64,000 nt of DNA from Octopus sinensis (GCF_006345805.1 NC_042998.1:127906001-127970000); one strand, 5' to 3'. Positions 37,889 to 50,546 are shown, numbered from the stretch's first letter. Notes: generated from the letters alone by a model not told the origin. A program made the numbers and translations.

Positions 37889-40642
37889 TTATTTCTTCAT
37901 TATAGGCACAAGGCCTGAATACAGAGGGGACATATACAAACATGCGGGAACAAAAATACATGAAAGAATGAATTACAATGAATATGAGACTGTTTTCTCG
38001 GTCCCGCTCCGAGACGAAACCGTGATATCTTTTTTACAATTAAACGTTCTTACAGTCTTTTATTTTTTTCCTTTTTTAGCTCGTTCTTTTCCTTAGTCTT
38101 TTTTTTTATCGTTTTTTTTTTTTCTTTTTCTTTAAACGTTTTAACAGTCTATTTTCCTCGTTTTTTATATGACATAAATTTTACTTATTTTTAAACGTTC
38201 ATAAAGGGTTTCAAATCTTCTAATTCCACGGCCGGCAGGAGCTCGTCAAAACGTTTTTTTTTTCTTTTTAGCTTGTTCTTTTTCTTAATCTTTTGTTGTT
38301 GTTTTTTTTTGTATCGTTTCTTTTTTTTTCCTTAAACTTTTTAACAGTTTATTTTCCTCATTTTTCCCCCTGTATAATGTATACATTTTACTTACTTGTT
38401 TTTACATGTTCATAAAGGGTTTCAAATCTGCTAATTCCACGACCGGTGGGACTTCAACCACCAGCGAGTCTTTGAAATATCCATACATCTCAATTAATTT
38501 CAAAAATCTCTCTTTATCTATGACTATTCTTTTAGTGTATTCGGGTATTTTTCTGGCAGCAACTTTACTTTTATTACCGATTTGTATTTTACAATCGTTT
38601 TCTCTATTTCTTTACTTTTGGAATATGTGACCAAATGCCACTTATATCTCTTCCTTTTCACTTCTGCTTGCTTCGGCTCCCGTCCTGGTCTGTTCGGGCG
38701 AGCAGAAAGACTGTACTTACCTGTACGTCCAAGCTTTTCTTGAACAGTACCACTACGCCCCCGCTTCCTCTCCGGCTAGGAGAGATAAACTTCTCGTAGT
38801 CGTTTAGAAGAGGCGAGAATGCCTGTGGTCTGTTCAGCTTGGACTCAGTCACAACACATATATCTAATTTTCGCGACCTTATATCGTCTAGGAGGCATGT
38901 TTCCTTCCATTTCGATCCCAGGCCACGTGCATTTACACACCCTAACTTAATGTCCATGGTAAAAGTTTAAAAGATACTTACTTTGTAATATTGGGGAGGT
39001 GCCGTACGACAATTGTCGTCCTTTCCTACTCCTACTTCCGGTGCAGTCGCTGGTCCCAGCACAATTTTTCCTTTATCTATTCTCTCACTTACATCTAAAA
39101 TGTCTTCCGGATATCATTTTTTAAAACTTTTAAAGTCATTAATGCTCACTCTTGCCATCCATAAATGTGGCGGTTTCCCTTCTATCGCCCCCCCCCACAC
39201 ACACATTGCGTATTTTTTTCTTGTATTACTGTTTCTGCCACCATGTTATTCGTATTATATGCAATTTTTTTTCTCCTTGTGGATGGGGCTGTTTTTTTTT
39301 TTGTTTGTGTTCTGCGTTGTTTTTTCTTTTTTTCTGTTTGGGGGAGTCTCCGGCGGGGGGTGTTTTTTCTTTTTTTTTGTTGGTTACCAATGTATAATCC
39401 GTGTCTTGTTTACCTTCCGTCTCTTGTTCTTTCTCTGTTTCTTTTGTTTCTTGTATTTTTCCTGTTTTACTTTCCTTATTATTATTCTTCTGTCGTTTTT
39501 CCTCTTGTTTGGGAGGGACTTCAGTTGTTTTTTGTGCTGTTTTTTTTTACTTTTTCGCACTCGGAGCGGACGTGATCCTTTCCTGCACACTTGAAGCAAC
39601 TGGGTCGACGCCCCTCCAACGACACTCTTGCACTAAGTCCCTCTCCTATAAATATTCTATCGGGCTTCGTTTCTAATGTTTCGTTTGACGCTTGAACCAA
39701 CAATTCGAGCGTCTGTCCCTTCCAGTTAATTGCTTCCCTTTTTATCATGCTTAGTATATTTATTTCTTCTTCTGCGTCGTATATGACTGCTGCCGTTATC
39801 CAGTTAACGTCATACCGGCCCGAATCTCTTCGATTACGATTTTTGCAGCTCTCCGACCTAGGTATGTCGGTAACAGCATTACTTGTTCTGTTCTTAGTGT
39901 CTCTGTTGAGATTTCTCTTGCTATGTCGGCACTTTCGAATTGTGCCTCTACTATTGCTATTCTAGGACCGCGTCCGACGTATTTTATTTTTTTCCATATG
40001 GTGGCGAGGCATCTTTCGATAATTTTATTTTTCATTGACATTCCTTTTTCCTTTCTGTTGTATATCTTATAAACAACAGTTTTCTCCGCCAAACTCAGTA
40101 TTATTTCTTTTGGTGGTATTAATTTTGTTTCATTCTCTGCTTTTTTTACCATATTTCTGTACTTAAATAGTTGTTCCTTGGTGGCTTTGATTTTCTGAAA
40201 TTTTCCACCTACGGCGGCCGAGAAGCTGTCTCTTTTTATTTCCTCTTGTTTGCCTTCTTTATTAAATTTTCCGCCTACGGCGGCCGAGAGTTTTTTTTCC
40301 TTTGTTTTTCATTGTTCACCTCGTATATTTCCTTCTAGCAGTTGTGGGAAGTCCATTTCAATGAGAAACAAGTCTAACCTTTCTGCCATTTCTTCTATAT
40401 TTTCAAGATGGCCTTCTGACATTTTGCACAAAAGTAAAATTTATTCCTCTAACACAAAAGAGTTCAAAAATTATTTTTCTCCACAACGGAAGCAATTTTC
40501 TGCCCCGCAGGGCGAAATTACCGTTATATTTGGCGTTCAACGTTCAATTTTCAACAATGCAACAATTAAGAGAAGACATTAACAATAATTGACAATAATC
40601 GACTGGTTACTCACACAACAAAGCAGCAGTAAACACAGAAGA
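37889..40642 (-). mobile_element. Tx1/L1-like element unit 2: ORF1 plus APE N-terminus fused to the 3' part of the ORF1-only family
   Basis: ORF1 pieces 39796-40152 and 39521-39748 carry an intact CFKCAGKDHVRSEC knuckle. ORF2 start 38658-38957 reads MDIKLGCVNARGL...DICVVTESK...GGVVVLF (APE) and switches at ~38708 to sequence shared with units 1 and 3. Confidence 0.8.
38709..38957 (-). pseudogene. Apurinic-endonuclease N-terminus of a non-LTR ORF2 (truncated)
   Basis: N(A)RGL, D.CV.TESK and GGV.VL motifs typical of L1/Tx1 APE domains. Confidence 0.85.
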
Positions 40643-40656
40643 GCGACAATCACCTG

Positions 40657-41715
40657 TTATTTCTTTATTATAGGTACATGGCCTAAATACAGAGGGGACA
40701 TACATGGACACGCGGGAATAAAAAACATATGAATTGAATTACAATGAATATGATACGGTTTTCTCGGTCCCGCTCCGAGACGAAACCGTGATTTCTTTTT
40801 TACAATTAAACGTTCTTACAGTCTTTTTTCTTTTTTTTTTCCTTTTAGCTTGTTCTTTTTCTTAATCTTTTGTTGTTGTTTTATGTATCGTTTCTTTTTT
40901 TTTCCTTAAACTTTTTAACAGTTTATTTTCCTCATTTTTCCCCCTATATAATGTATACATTTTACTTGTTTTTACATGTTCATAAAGAGTTTCAAATCTG
41001 CTAATTCCACGACCGGTGGGAGCTCGTCAAACTCGACTTCAACCCCCAGCGAGTCTATGAAGTGTCCATACAGCTCTCTTAATTTCAAAAATCTCTCTTT
41101 ATCTATGACTATTCTTTTAGTGTATTCCGGATATTTTTCTGGCGGCAGTTTTACTTCTATTACCGATTTATATTTTACAACCGCTTTCTCTATTTCTTTA
41201 CTTTTGGAATACGTGACCAAATGTCACTTATATCTCTTCCTTTTCACTTCTGCCTGCTTCGGCTCCCGTCCTGGTCTGTTCGGGCGTGCAGAAACATCAT
41301 AACCAATTTTATGAACGCTCTCTCCTTCTCCCTGTTGTAATGCTGTTTTATCATGTGTGCCTTCTTTCACTACTGCTTCTGTTGGTGCTTCACACCTATT
41401 TCTATTTTCTTCCGTCGCAATCTCTTTTAGCCATTTTTGACTGTCTGGGGGAGAATTGGCCCGTTCCTTTCTCTTTCTCGTTTTTACTACTGTGAAGGGT
41501 TCCTCCACTCTATCTGTTTCTTTTATTGGTACTACCTCTTCTGTATTGTTTTCTTCACTTTTCTTCTCTTCTTCGTTTTCCTTCTCGTGACTTCTTGCTT
41601 TCATGTGCCCGTTTTTGCCTCATAGGAAGTATGTTGGTGGTCTTCCTTCTACTGTTATTCGAAGTCTAGTGTCTTCCGAGAGTATTATTTCCTCCTTCAT
41701 AATTAAACTTAAAAC
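40657..41715 (-). mobile_element. Tx1/L1-like unit 3, 5'-truncated ORF1-only family copy
   Basis: Collinear with unit 1 (EEPFTVVKTRKR, YDVSARPN, KSVIEVKLPPEK, SLGVEVEFDELPPVVEL), with a decayed knuckle YFL*GKNGHMKARS and the same 3' UTR. Confidence 0.8.
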
Positions 41716-42220
41716 CACCTCCCGTTTCGCTACAATGCGAAACCGTCACCTTTCCTTTCGTTTCCTGCCTTTAAAATGAACGTTCATATGTGTCCTTTTT
41801 TTTCAACAAAAAGTAACATTTTAAATACTTGTTTGTTCATGAATTTGCTGTTCAGAGAACTATGCACATTTTCTTCTTAAGGTAAGGGCAGAACCCTTTC
41901 TGACTAATTTTGCTTTCTTTATCTTGAATTGTACAGATTTTTCTGGTTCTTTTTCTCTTTCTTGTCCATCCTGCTGTTTCCAGCATTCCCTTCTCAATTC
42001 TTCTTCAATATCACAAGATATACGTAACCAATCGGCCCCTGGAACCGAGAAGGACGTAGAAAATGAACAACAACAAATATCTCCAGTTACGGCGGCAAGG
42101 AAACAAAGATCCCCAAATTGAGATGTTCAAGAACTATTGTTGTAATTATAAGCTGACAAAAATAACAGTATAGTTATATATGTATAGTTATATATGATAG
42201 CAAAAATAGCAGTATAGCTA

Positions 42221-43405
42221 TTGGGTTGTCAAGAAAGTCCTTGCGGGATTTTTAATTTTGGTTTTAAATGATGTATTTTCAAATTAATTTTCGTTAAATT
42301 ACTTTGATTTTATATATCACTAGCAGTATCACCCGGCGTTGCTCGGGTTTGTAAGGGAAATAACTATATAAGTATTTTTAGAGATGTAAAGTATAATAGC
42401 CATCTCAATATGGCTAACCACAAAGGGGGGTGTTACTGTAGCTTTTTACGCTCTGAGATTTAATAATACATTTTTAGAGAGTTACTTCCCTTATATAATA
42501 GCAAAAAAATGCATGGTAATTTTTTTTTAATCGTAGACTCATCGTAGACGTGCGCTAATACCCAGAAGGGCTCGATATGAATCACGACTATAAGATAACC
42601 GCTTTTGGTTACACTGCACCGCAAAATGTGGAAGTAGTTAGGAATCTAAATCGTAGGAGACAGACACACAACTTCTCTTTTATATATAAAGATTTTAAAG
42701 CCCGTTTTCGCTCTATCTAATCGTGCCACTTTTTTTCTTTTTGAATGATTAGGCCTTTTTCCGTAACGTTGAATACAACGTGGACAAAAATCAAATTCGC
42801 ACACTTTTCTTATTCCAGTTCAAGCTAGGCTGAAAAGCTACTGAAACAGCTCGCGATATAAACGATGCGTTTGGCCAGGAACCACTAATGAATGTACAGC
42901 ACAATGGTGGTTCAAGAAATTTCGTAGCGGTGAGAAGAGTCTCGAAGATGATAAGCGTAGTGGTCGGACACGACAATTTCCAGCCACTTGAAAGAGATTG
43001 GAAAAACATAAAATACTTGAGAAATGGGTGCCGCACGAATTAAACAACCAGGAAAAATTTTAAACGGCGTGTTCCGTTTTTTATGCAAGAAGAACGATCC
43101 GTTTCTCGACCGGATTGTGACTTGTGATGAAAAGTGGATTCTTTACGACAACCGACGACGCTCAGCTCAGTGGTTGGACGCCGACAAAGCTCCACTTCAC
43201 TTCCCGAAGCCAAAGTTGCACCAAAAGAAGGCCATGGTGACTGTTTGGTGGTCTGCATCCGGTCTCATCCATCATAGCTTTATGGATCCAGGCGAAATCA
43301 TTACGGCAGAGAAGTACTGTCAGTAAATGGATGAAATGCATAAGAAACTCCGACAACAACAGCCACCATTAGTTAAAAACCGCAAGAACTTTCTTGACAA
43401 CCTAA
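42221..43405 (+). mobile_element. Internally deleted mariner (Hsmar1/cecropia-like) with both TIRs and TA TSD
   Basis: TIRs TTGGGTTGTCAAGAAAGTCCTT (42221) and AAGAACTTTCTTGACAACCTAA (to 43405) flanked by TA. Coding remnants WFKKFRSG, WVPHEL and [14 protein letters not shown]...KKAMVTVWW. Confidence 0.9.
42320..42693 (+). mobile_element. Helitron/Helentron-like non-autonomous element nested in the mariner 5' region
   Basis: Starts CTAGCAGTATCACCCGGCGTTGCTCGGG and ends TTTATATATAAAGAT. The internal sequence differs from the 5118 copy. Confidence 0.6.
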
Positions 43406-43427
43406 TATATATGTATAGTTATATATG

Positions 43428-44560
43428 TAGGTCTTGGGAGTGGCCACGGAAACGAGAATGGGCCCCAACTAGCGCACCTGTTCGTTGACTGCGTTGAGGC
43501 CCAAATATTCTCAAGTTTCACTGGTCCCCCTCCCGAACTATACGTCCGTTATATTGAAGACTGTATCGGTACGATCTCACTCTCTCGCGAACATCTAGAC
43601 TCCTTCCTCTCTTTTGTCAAATTTTTCCATCCTGCCTTCCACCTCTCCTGCACTATCTCTGACACTTCTTTCTCCTTTCTTGACATTTCGGTCAGCATTT
43701 ATCACTCCACTCTCACCACCTCCATCCACTACAAAGACACAGACCCACACTCATACCTCAATTTCTCCTCCCACGCTAAATTCTCCACCAAGCTTTTCAT
43801 CCCCTATTCCCAATTCGTTCGTCTACGCAGACTGTAGTGACGACCATGACTTTGAGACTCAGTCTCAACTCATGGCTCGTCACTTCATCCTACGTGGATA
43901 TCCCCTCACTACTATCCACACTGCACTTGCCAGAGCACGTTCTGTGGATCATGCATTTGTTCTCTCCCTCCGTACCCGCCCTGCCGTCTCCCGTCTCCCG
44001 TTTCCCCTCACCTACCCCACCGCCCTACCTCTACAACGCACCATAATCAAGCCCTCCGGCGACTCCATTCCGACACCTCCACTTCGCACATCTCCTCTTA
44101 CCGACCCATTCCCTCCTTCAAACAAGCCCACAACCTATGAGACCTCTTGGTCCACAGCTTCTTCCCTAACCCAACCTCCCAACCCGGCTCGTTCTCCTGC
44201 TCCTGCCCACGCTGCTACACTTGCCCTTACCTCTCCAACACCACCCTCCTCACCGGCACCCATCATCGACCCTATCACATCACCGACTCCTTCATCTGCA
44301 CTTCTACCAATGTCATCTACTGCATCTCCTGCTCTTTCTGCCCTTCTCTACAGATCGGGCAAACGGGACGCCGCTTGGCTGCCTTGTTTGCGGAACTTCT
44401 TCGAAATCCGACTCGGTAATGACAGCCCGGTCCTGCGCCATTTCCGTTCTACTGGTCACTCTGTGACACCTGTCTGAGTTCGGATTGTCCTTGCACAGGG
44501 TCCATTCGGACTCCAGTGTACGCCTTGAACAGGGATTAATTTTCTCTCTTTGCTCCTTTA
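43428..44560 (+). pseudogene. Neptune-type Penelope-like element RT/GIY-YIG remnant
   Basis: GVATETRMGPN (GVAMGT motif), YVRYIED, FLDISV, YKDTDPHSYL, IPYSQFVRLRRL, RGYP, Cys linker CSCPRCYTC and CTSTNVIYCISC..C....IGQTGR, with many frameshifts. Confidence 0.88.
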
Positions 44561-45045
44561 CGTCACATGATCTCAATTCTCCTCCTCTCTTCATTTAACC
44601 ACCTTCCCTCTTCTCTATGCCCCTCAACCTACTTTCATCTCCTCTCCTCTCTTGCTCTGACTCCTACTTCTCTTCACTCCTACTCGCCTTCTCTCTTCTC
44701 TTCACTCCTGCCCACTTTCTCCCTTCCTCCTCCATCGTCACCCCTTCCTTGTAACCCCACCCCAACCCTACACAATCCAGCCCCACCTTCCGTATCCATC
44801 CCACCCCATCCCATCCCTCACACCGACTCTCACAGACCCCACCTCTACCCCCACCCTCAACCTAACCCACACCCCACCTTTGCTTTCCCACTCTCGCCTC
44901 CCCCACCTCCCAATACCACCACACCACACCACACACCCTTACACCATATGACCAGCAAAGTGTAACTACATCTGATGGGCTGGTCGGTCACGTGATATGT
45001 ATATATGTATATATATATATGTATGTATATATATATGTATGTATA

Positions 45046-45084
<39 letters not shown>

Positions 45085-45247
45085 ATATATATATATGTAT
45101 GTATATATATATATATATATATGTATATAAGTTGAGTATAGAAATTCGGGGTGAGTACTTGATAATTATAAGCACCTGTGTATAACGTTTGGTGGTGTAG
45201 GTGGTGGAGTAAATTGATCAAAATAAAAACATGATGCCAAGGATTCA

Positions 45248-45325
45248 GCGGTACATATGTTTCGGGCCTTTATTAGACAGATTTATAACAATGCATAATG
45301 TATGTCTGTGGCCTTCTTCAGCCGC
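45248..45325 (-). ncRNA. Type I hammerhead ribozyme (left arm), intact core
   Basis: Exact mirror of 49469-49546. Confidence 0.8.
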
Positions 45326-46087
45326 GCACAACAGCTTCCACAAGGACATGTGTTACATCAAAAATTCTTGGTTGGGGATGCAAATCCTCTCATTCGCGTA
45401 CGACATAATGCGGCAACAGCATAGAATTGAAGCGTCCATCTCTTTCTTCTCTCAATGTAGAATGAGGAAATTTGGATGTTGAAGTAATGTAAATAAATAA
45501 ATACATATATAGACGTGAAGATGGAGGGGCGAGAATTCAGGACGAGGGATAAAAAATGTATGTATAAAAAGTGTAAGTATAGAAAAATATAAAAATGTGG
45601 AGTATAAAGATATAAAGGGATATAAGGAGATGTAAAGGGGGTATAAAGAATATAAAGAGATATAAAGAAATATAAATGAATGTAAAGGCATAAGGTTATA
45701 AAGTAAAAATAGAAATAGAAATAAAAGTAAAAAGTAAAAAAATAAAAATAGGAATAAACATGATAAAAATGTAAAAAAATATAAAGATAAGGGATGTATA
45801 GAGGTTACGGACCAAACATGGTGGTCAAGAGATTGATAAAATTTAGTTGTAGAAGTTTTGGGTGTCAATAAATCAACAGGGTCGTCTGGGGACCTAGTGT
45901 GTTGTAAATCAGAGCTGTTGAGTGTTTAATCTAGTTCTTTGAATTAATTGGTCATCTTGTACATACATACCATCATGGATACTTACACCCATATACACGC
46001 GCACATATACGCGCGCATACACGGCTCCAAGCCTATAAGCATACACACGCACTCACGTGTAAACATGTACATAAACACACATACACC

Positions 46088-47488
46088 CACACTAGAAAGA
46101 ATTAGGAAAAAGATCAGGCTTTTTTTCAAATCCTTCAATCTTAAACTAGAATTTATGACCAATACTAAAATAGTAAACTTCTTAGATGTTACGTTAGACT
46201 TGAATAAGCACCTTCACCACCCGTATAGGAAACCCGAAGAAACTACCAAATACATCCATACCTCTTCCAACCATCCACCCTGTATAATTAGCACCACGGT
46301 CCAAGCCATCTCAGACAGACTTACAAAACTATCCTCTAATAAAGAAATTTTCAATAATCACGCACAACACTACAACCAGGCTCTCTATAGTGCTGGGTAT
46401 AACCAGAGAATATCATATGTAGACCACCCGGGAACGTCCGTCGGCCATAAAACTCCCAATTATAATCGAACTCCGCACTCAACTCACACTAGCGATAATT
46501 CTAATTTAAACTCCAAACAACGTATAGGAAATAGGCGAACTAATAGAATAGCACACAATAGTAACCCTCCCGACGAGAGCAATATAGATCCTATTAGGAG
46601 AAATAGAAGGGATAATAGTAGATTACGCAAATATATATGGTTCAACATACCATACAACTTAGCAGTTAGGGGTAAGTTATGTAAGAGAATATTCTCTATC
46701 ATTTCCAACAACTTCCCACCCACCCATAAGTATAGAAGTATCTTCTCAACAAAACCATTAGGATTTCCTACTCTACCTCCCTGCCCAACATGAGCTGCCT
46801 CATAGCTAAACATAACTATATTAATATTAGAACAGCTAGATCAAGAGCAAGCTATAGCGACCAACCGAACCTCCCTCATCCAGATAGTAGACAATATAAT
46901 CAGACTGGCAGCCATATTACCCAAACAGTTAGTAATAACACCCGCCAACACAACAGAGGAAATACTACACCCATCAACAACCAGGAGGATATCAACGCCC
47001 CCACTCGTATTGCAACACCTCCGCCTGGGATTAGCAGCACACGACCGAATAATGCAATGCAATGCAACTGCATATGTGCATCAGAGTGCCCGCTACAGGG
47101 CGCATGTAGGGCGAAAAACGTAATATATTCATGTGAGGTGAGTACCCAGTTTAACACACTCACCTACATAGGTTGCTCAACCTCCTGGAAATCTAGATAC
47201 TACAACCACCGGTCCTCGCTGAAACACAGACATAAGGCTAACAGCACCTCCCTTTCTAAAAAAAATTGGGAATTAAAAGACAAATGCATAGGCTTCAAAC
47301 TCAGGTGGTCCATCATTGGATCAGCTGCACCTTATTTAAAAAATAGAGCAGGATGCCAACTATGTTGTGTAGAACTCCTGAACATCTTGAAATTCAAAGA
47401 CAAACACAATCTTATTAACAAAAGGTCAGAGTTCAAACCATCCTGTATACACAAACTTATTAATACTTTCAAATACTACAAAGCTTAG
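46088..47488 (+). pseudogene. PLE ORF: RT C-terminus/thumb plus GIY-YIG endonuclease, one frameshift (~46750)
   Basis: VNFLDVTLDL, PYRKP, SSNHPP, WFNIPYN, (frameshift) TIRISYSTSLPNM, CNC...CPLQGAC...VIY...YIG...H...CQLC...NKRSE...CIH. The Naiad assignment rests on recalled motif patterns. Confidence 0.85.
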
Positions 47489-47631
47489 GTTATTATACCA
47501 ACTCCCCCATGCAATTTCCTCCCACCCGGTGCAACCTGTCGGCTCCAGCACATCCCGATTTCCTATATGTGCGTGTATATGCGTATATGTGTGCGTATAT
47601 ATATGTATGTGCACATGTGTGTATGTATATG

Positions 47632-47673
<42 letters not shown>

Positions 47674-49468
47674 GGTGTGTATATGTGCATATATGTTTCC
47701 CTGCATTTTCCTCCTATATATACACATTTTGTCTCCCATATATGTCTTTTTTTCCCTACATATTTCTTCTCCTACACCCATATCCTTCCTATATAGTCTC
47801 TTTATTTCCCTATATCTATACCCTTTCACATTTCTAACTCGGATGCTGAACGCACACCGCCAAACTCCACTTCCCACCCTTCCAATTTTCAGTTCCCCCC
47901 GCCCGACCCTACGTGGGCACCTTAACACACACCTCTAACTTTCACCACCTTCATCTCATGTTAAACTTTACCAGATTATATTTTTATTTTATTTTATTTT
48001 ATTTTTACTTTTATTTTGCTTTATTCCTATTCTACTTCGCTTTACCTTTATTCTCATTTTTATTTTCATCCCTTATCTTAATTCTTATAATTTTTATAAT
48101 TTTTATATTTCATTTCTAACTTTCACATTGTATTTCTTATTTTATATTGTATTTCTTACTTTTATTTCTAATTTTTACTCTTACCCTCATTCTTACCCCT
48201 AACTCATCGCTTTATATCTCTATATATGTCTATTTTTTTGCTTATTTACCTACCTATGGATCCGCCTTATGATTATACGAGCGTCCGTGTACGTATGTAT
48301 ACGTATACATATGTGTACATATGTACGAGTAAACATCTACGTCTGGATGTGCATACCCCGTATTTCTTTACTTTTTTTACATGTTTTCTTATACTCATAT
48401 GTTTACACCTATTTGTATACATCTTTTAATATCTTATAGCTATACCCATATGCGCGTATGTCTCTGTGTGTGTATGTAAGTGTATATGTGCACGCACATA
48501 TGGACACACAGCCGTGTGTGCGTGCACGTGTAGACGTGAGTGCGTGATTCTTTACATACGTTCTTATATACATCCTTTAATATCTTATATCTAAACCTGG
48601 AAGCGTGGGCATATGTGTATGTGTATGTAAGGATGGACGCACGTATGTATATATGGGTGTGTACACGTATAATGTCCGTGTATACATGCGGATATTCTGT
48701 TGTATGTATGTATATGTACGCGCGTGCGTGTGTGTGTATGTGTGTTTATGTACATGTTTACACGTGAGTGCGTGTGTATGCTTATAGGCTTGGAGCCGTG
48801 TATGCGCGCGTATATGTGCGCGTGTATATGGGTATAAGTATCCATGATGGTATATATGTACAAGATGACCAATTAATTCAAAGAACTAGACTAAACACTC
48901 AACAGCTCTGATTTACAACACACTAGGTCCCCAGACGACCCTGTTGATTTATTGACACCCAAAACTTCTACAACTAAATTTTATCAATCTCCTGACCACC
49001 ATGTTTGGTCCGTAACCTCTATACATCCCTTATCTTTATATTTTTACATTTTTATCATGTTTATTCCTATTTTTATTTTTTTACTTTTTACTTTTATTTA
49101 CTTTATAACCTTATGCCTTTACATTCATTTATATTTCTTTATATTCTTTATACCCCCTTTACATCTCCTTATATCCCTTTATATCTTTATACTCTACATT
49201 TTTATATTTTTCTATACTTACACTTTTTATACATACATTTTTTATCCCTCGTCCTGAATTCTCGCCCCTCCACCTTCACGTCTATATATGTATTTATTTA
49301 TTTACATTACTTCAACATCCAAATTTCCTCATTCTACATTGAGAGAAGAAGAGATGGACGCTTCAATTCTATGCTGTTGCCGCATTATGTCGTACGCGAA
49401 TGAGAGGATTTGCCATCCCCAACCAAGAATTTTTGATGTAACACATGTCCTTGTGGAAGCTGTTGTGC

Positions 49469-49546
49469 GCGGCTGAAGAAGGCCACAGACATACATTATG
49501 CATTGTTATAAATCTGTCTAATAAAGGCCCGAAACATATGTACCGC
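49469..49546 (+). ncRNA. Type I hammerhead ribozyme (right arm), intact core
   Basis: GCGG-CTGAAGA-A-GGCC...GGCC-C-GAAA-CATATG-TA-CCGC, with palindromic stem III ACATATGT. Predicted cleavage after 49542. Confidence 0.82.
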
Positions 49547-49643
49547 TGAATCCTTGGCATCATGTTTTTATTTTGATCAATATATATGTATATATATATA
49601 TATATAATATTATATATATGTATATAATTTATTATATAGAAGG

Positions 49644-49694
49644 AGCTTCTACAGGACTAGAACTGTTTCATTCAAGAGAAATCTTCAGGAAGCT
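49644..49694 (-). ncRNA. Type I hammerhead motif of a separate PLE-like insertion (~49640-50350)
   Basis: AGCTTC-CTGAAGA-T-TTC tctt GAA-T-GAAA-CAG ttctagtc CTG-TA-GAAGCT: perfect 6-bp stem I and non-palindromic stem III. Confidence 0.7.
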
Positions 49695-50226
49695 AGTTAA
49701 CAAGAATTGTATTGGCATTTATACATTTAGGCAGGTTTAAAGGGGTGGTGGTGGGGGACTTTTTGGGGGTAGGCATAGCGCAAAATATCATACTTGGGGG
49801 AGTGGTCAAGGAGTCAGTGGTAAATAGATAAAGAATAAATAAAAAAATAAAAAAATATATATATAAAAGAATAGAGTTTTAGGTAAATAAGGAGATTCTC
49901 ACTTATACCTATACACATATGTATACATATATACACACACATACATACATATATACATACACACATACATACACACACACCACATATATATATTACCATA
50001 CACATACATATACATATCTACACATACACATATATATATATATATATACATACACTCACTCACATGCATACACGTATACACACATGTATATATACACAAA
50101 CGACCACACATACATATACACACAGAAAATTATATACATACACACATACACACATGCACACACAGCACACTAGTCCCTATATACACATATATACACATAC
50201 ACACATATATATACATACACATACAT

Positions 50227-50273
<47 letters not shown>

Positions 50274-50513
50274 TATACATATGTGTACCTATACATACCT
50301 ACACATACACCATTGAGTACCTTATTTACTGTGGTTAACCCCGAATCAACCCGGGACCTACATATATATGTATATATATATATTGTATATATATATATAT
50401 ATATATATAATACATGTATGTATATATATATATGTATATATATACGTATATATATATATATGTATAGATTATATATACATATATATATATATATCATATA
50501 CATATATATATAC

Positions 50514-50545
<32 letters not shown>

Positions 50546-50546
50546 A

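Larger units (their letters stand above)
45130..49580 (+). mobile_element. 5'-truncated Naiad-like PLE with inverted pseudo-LTR (arms 45214-46088 and 48733-49580)
   Basis: The left arm is a near-perfect reverse complement of the last ~850 bp of the element. An RT thumb and GIY-YIG lie between the arms, each arm has an HHR, and the left arm has an extra ~85-bp extension to (TA)n. Confidence 0.85.

Noticed and set aside
45948-46087. N-terminal part of ORF 45948-46793
   Set aside because: It is read-through from the inverted pseudo-LTR arm. PLE homology starts at about 46088.
46790-47488. Selenocysteine recoding in the Naiad-like endonuclease
   Set aside because: Some Naiads are reported to use UGA at conserved Cys positions, but the Cys codons of the zinc-binding motifs here are TGC/TGT and the ORF has no in-frame TGA.
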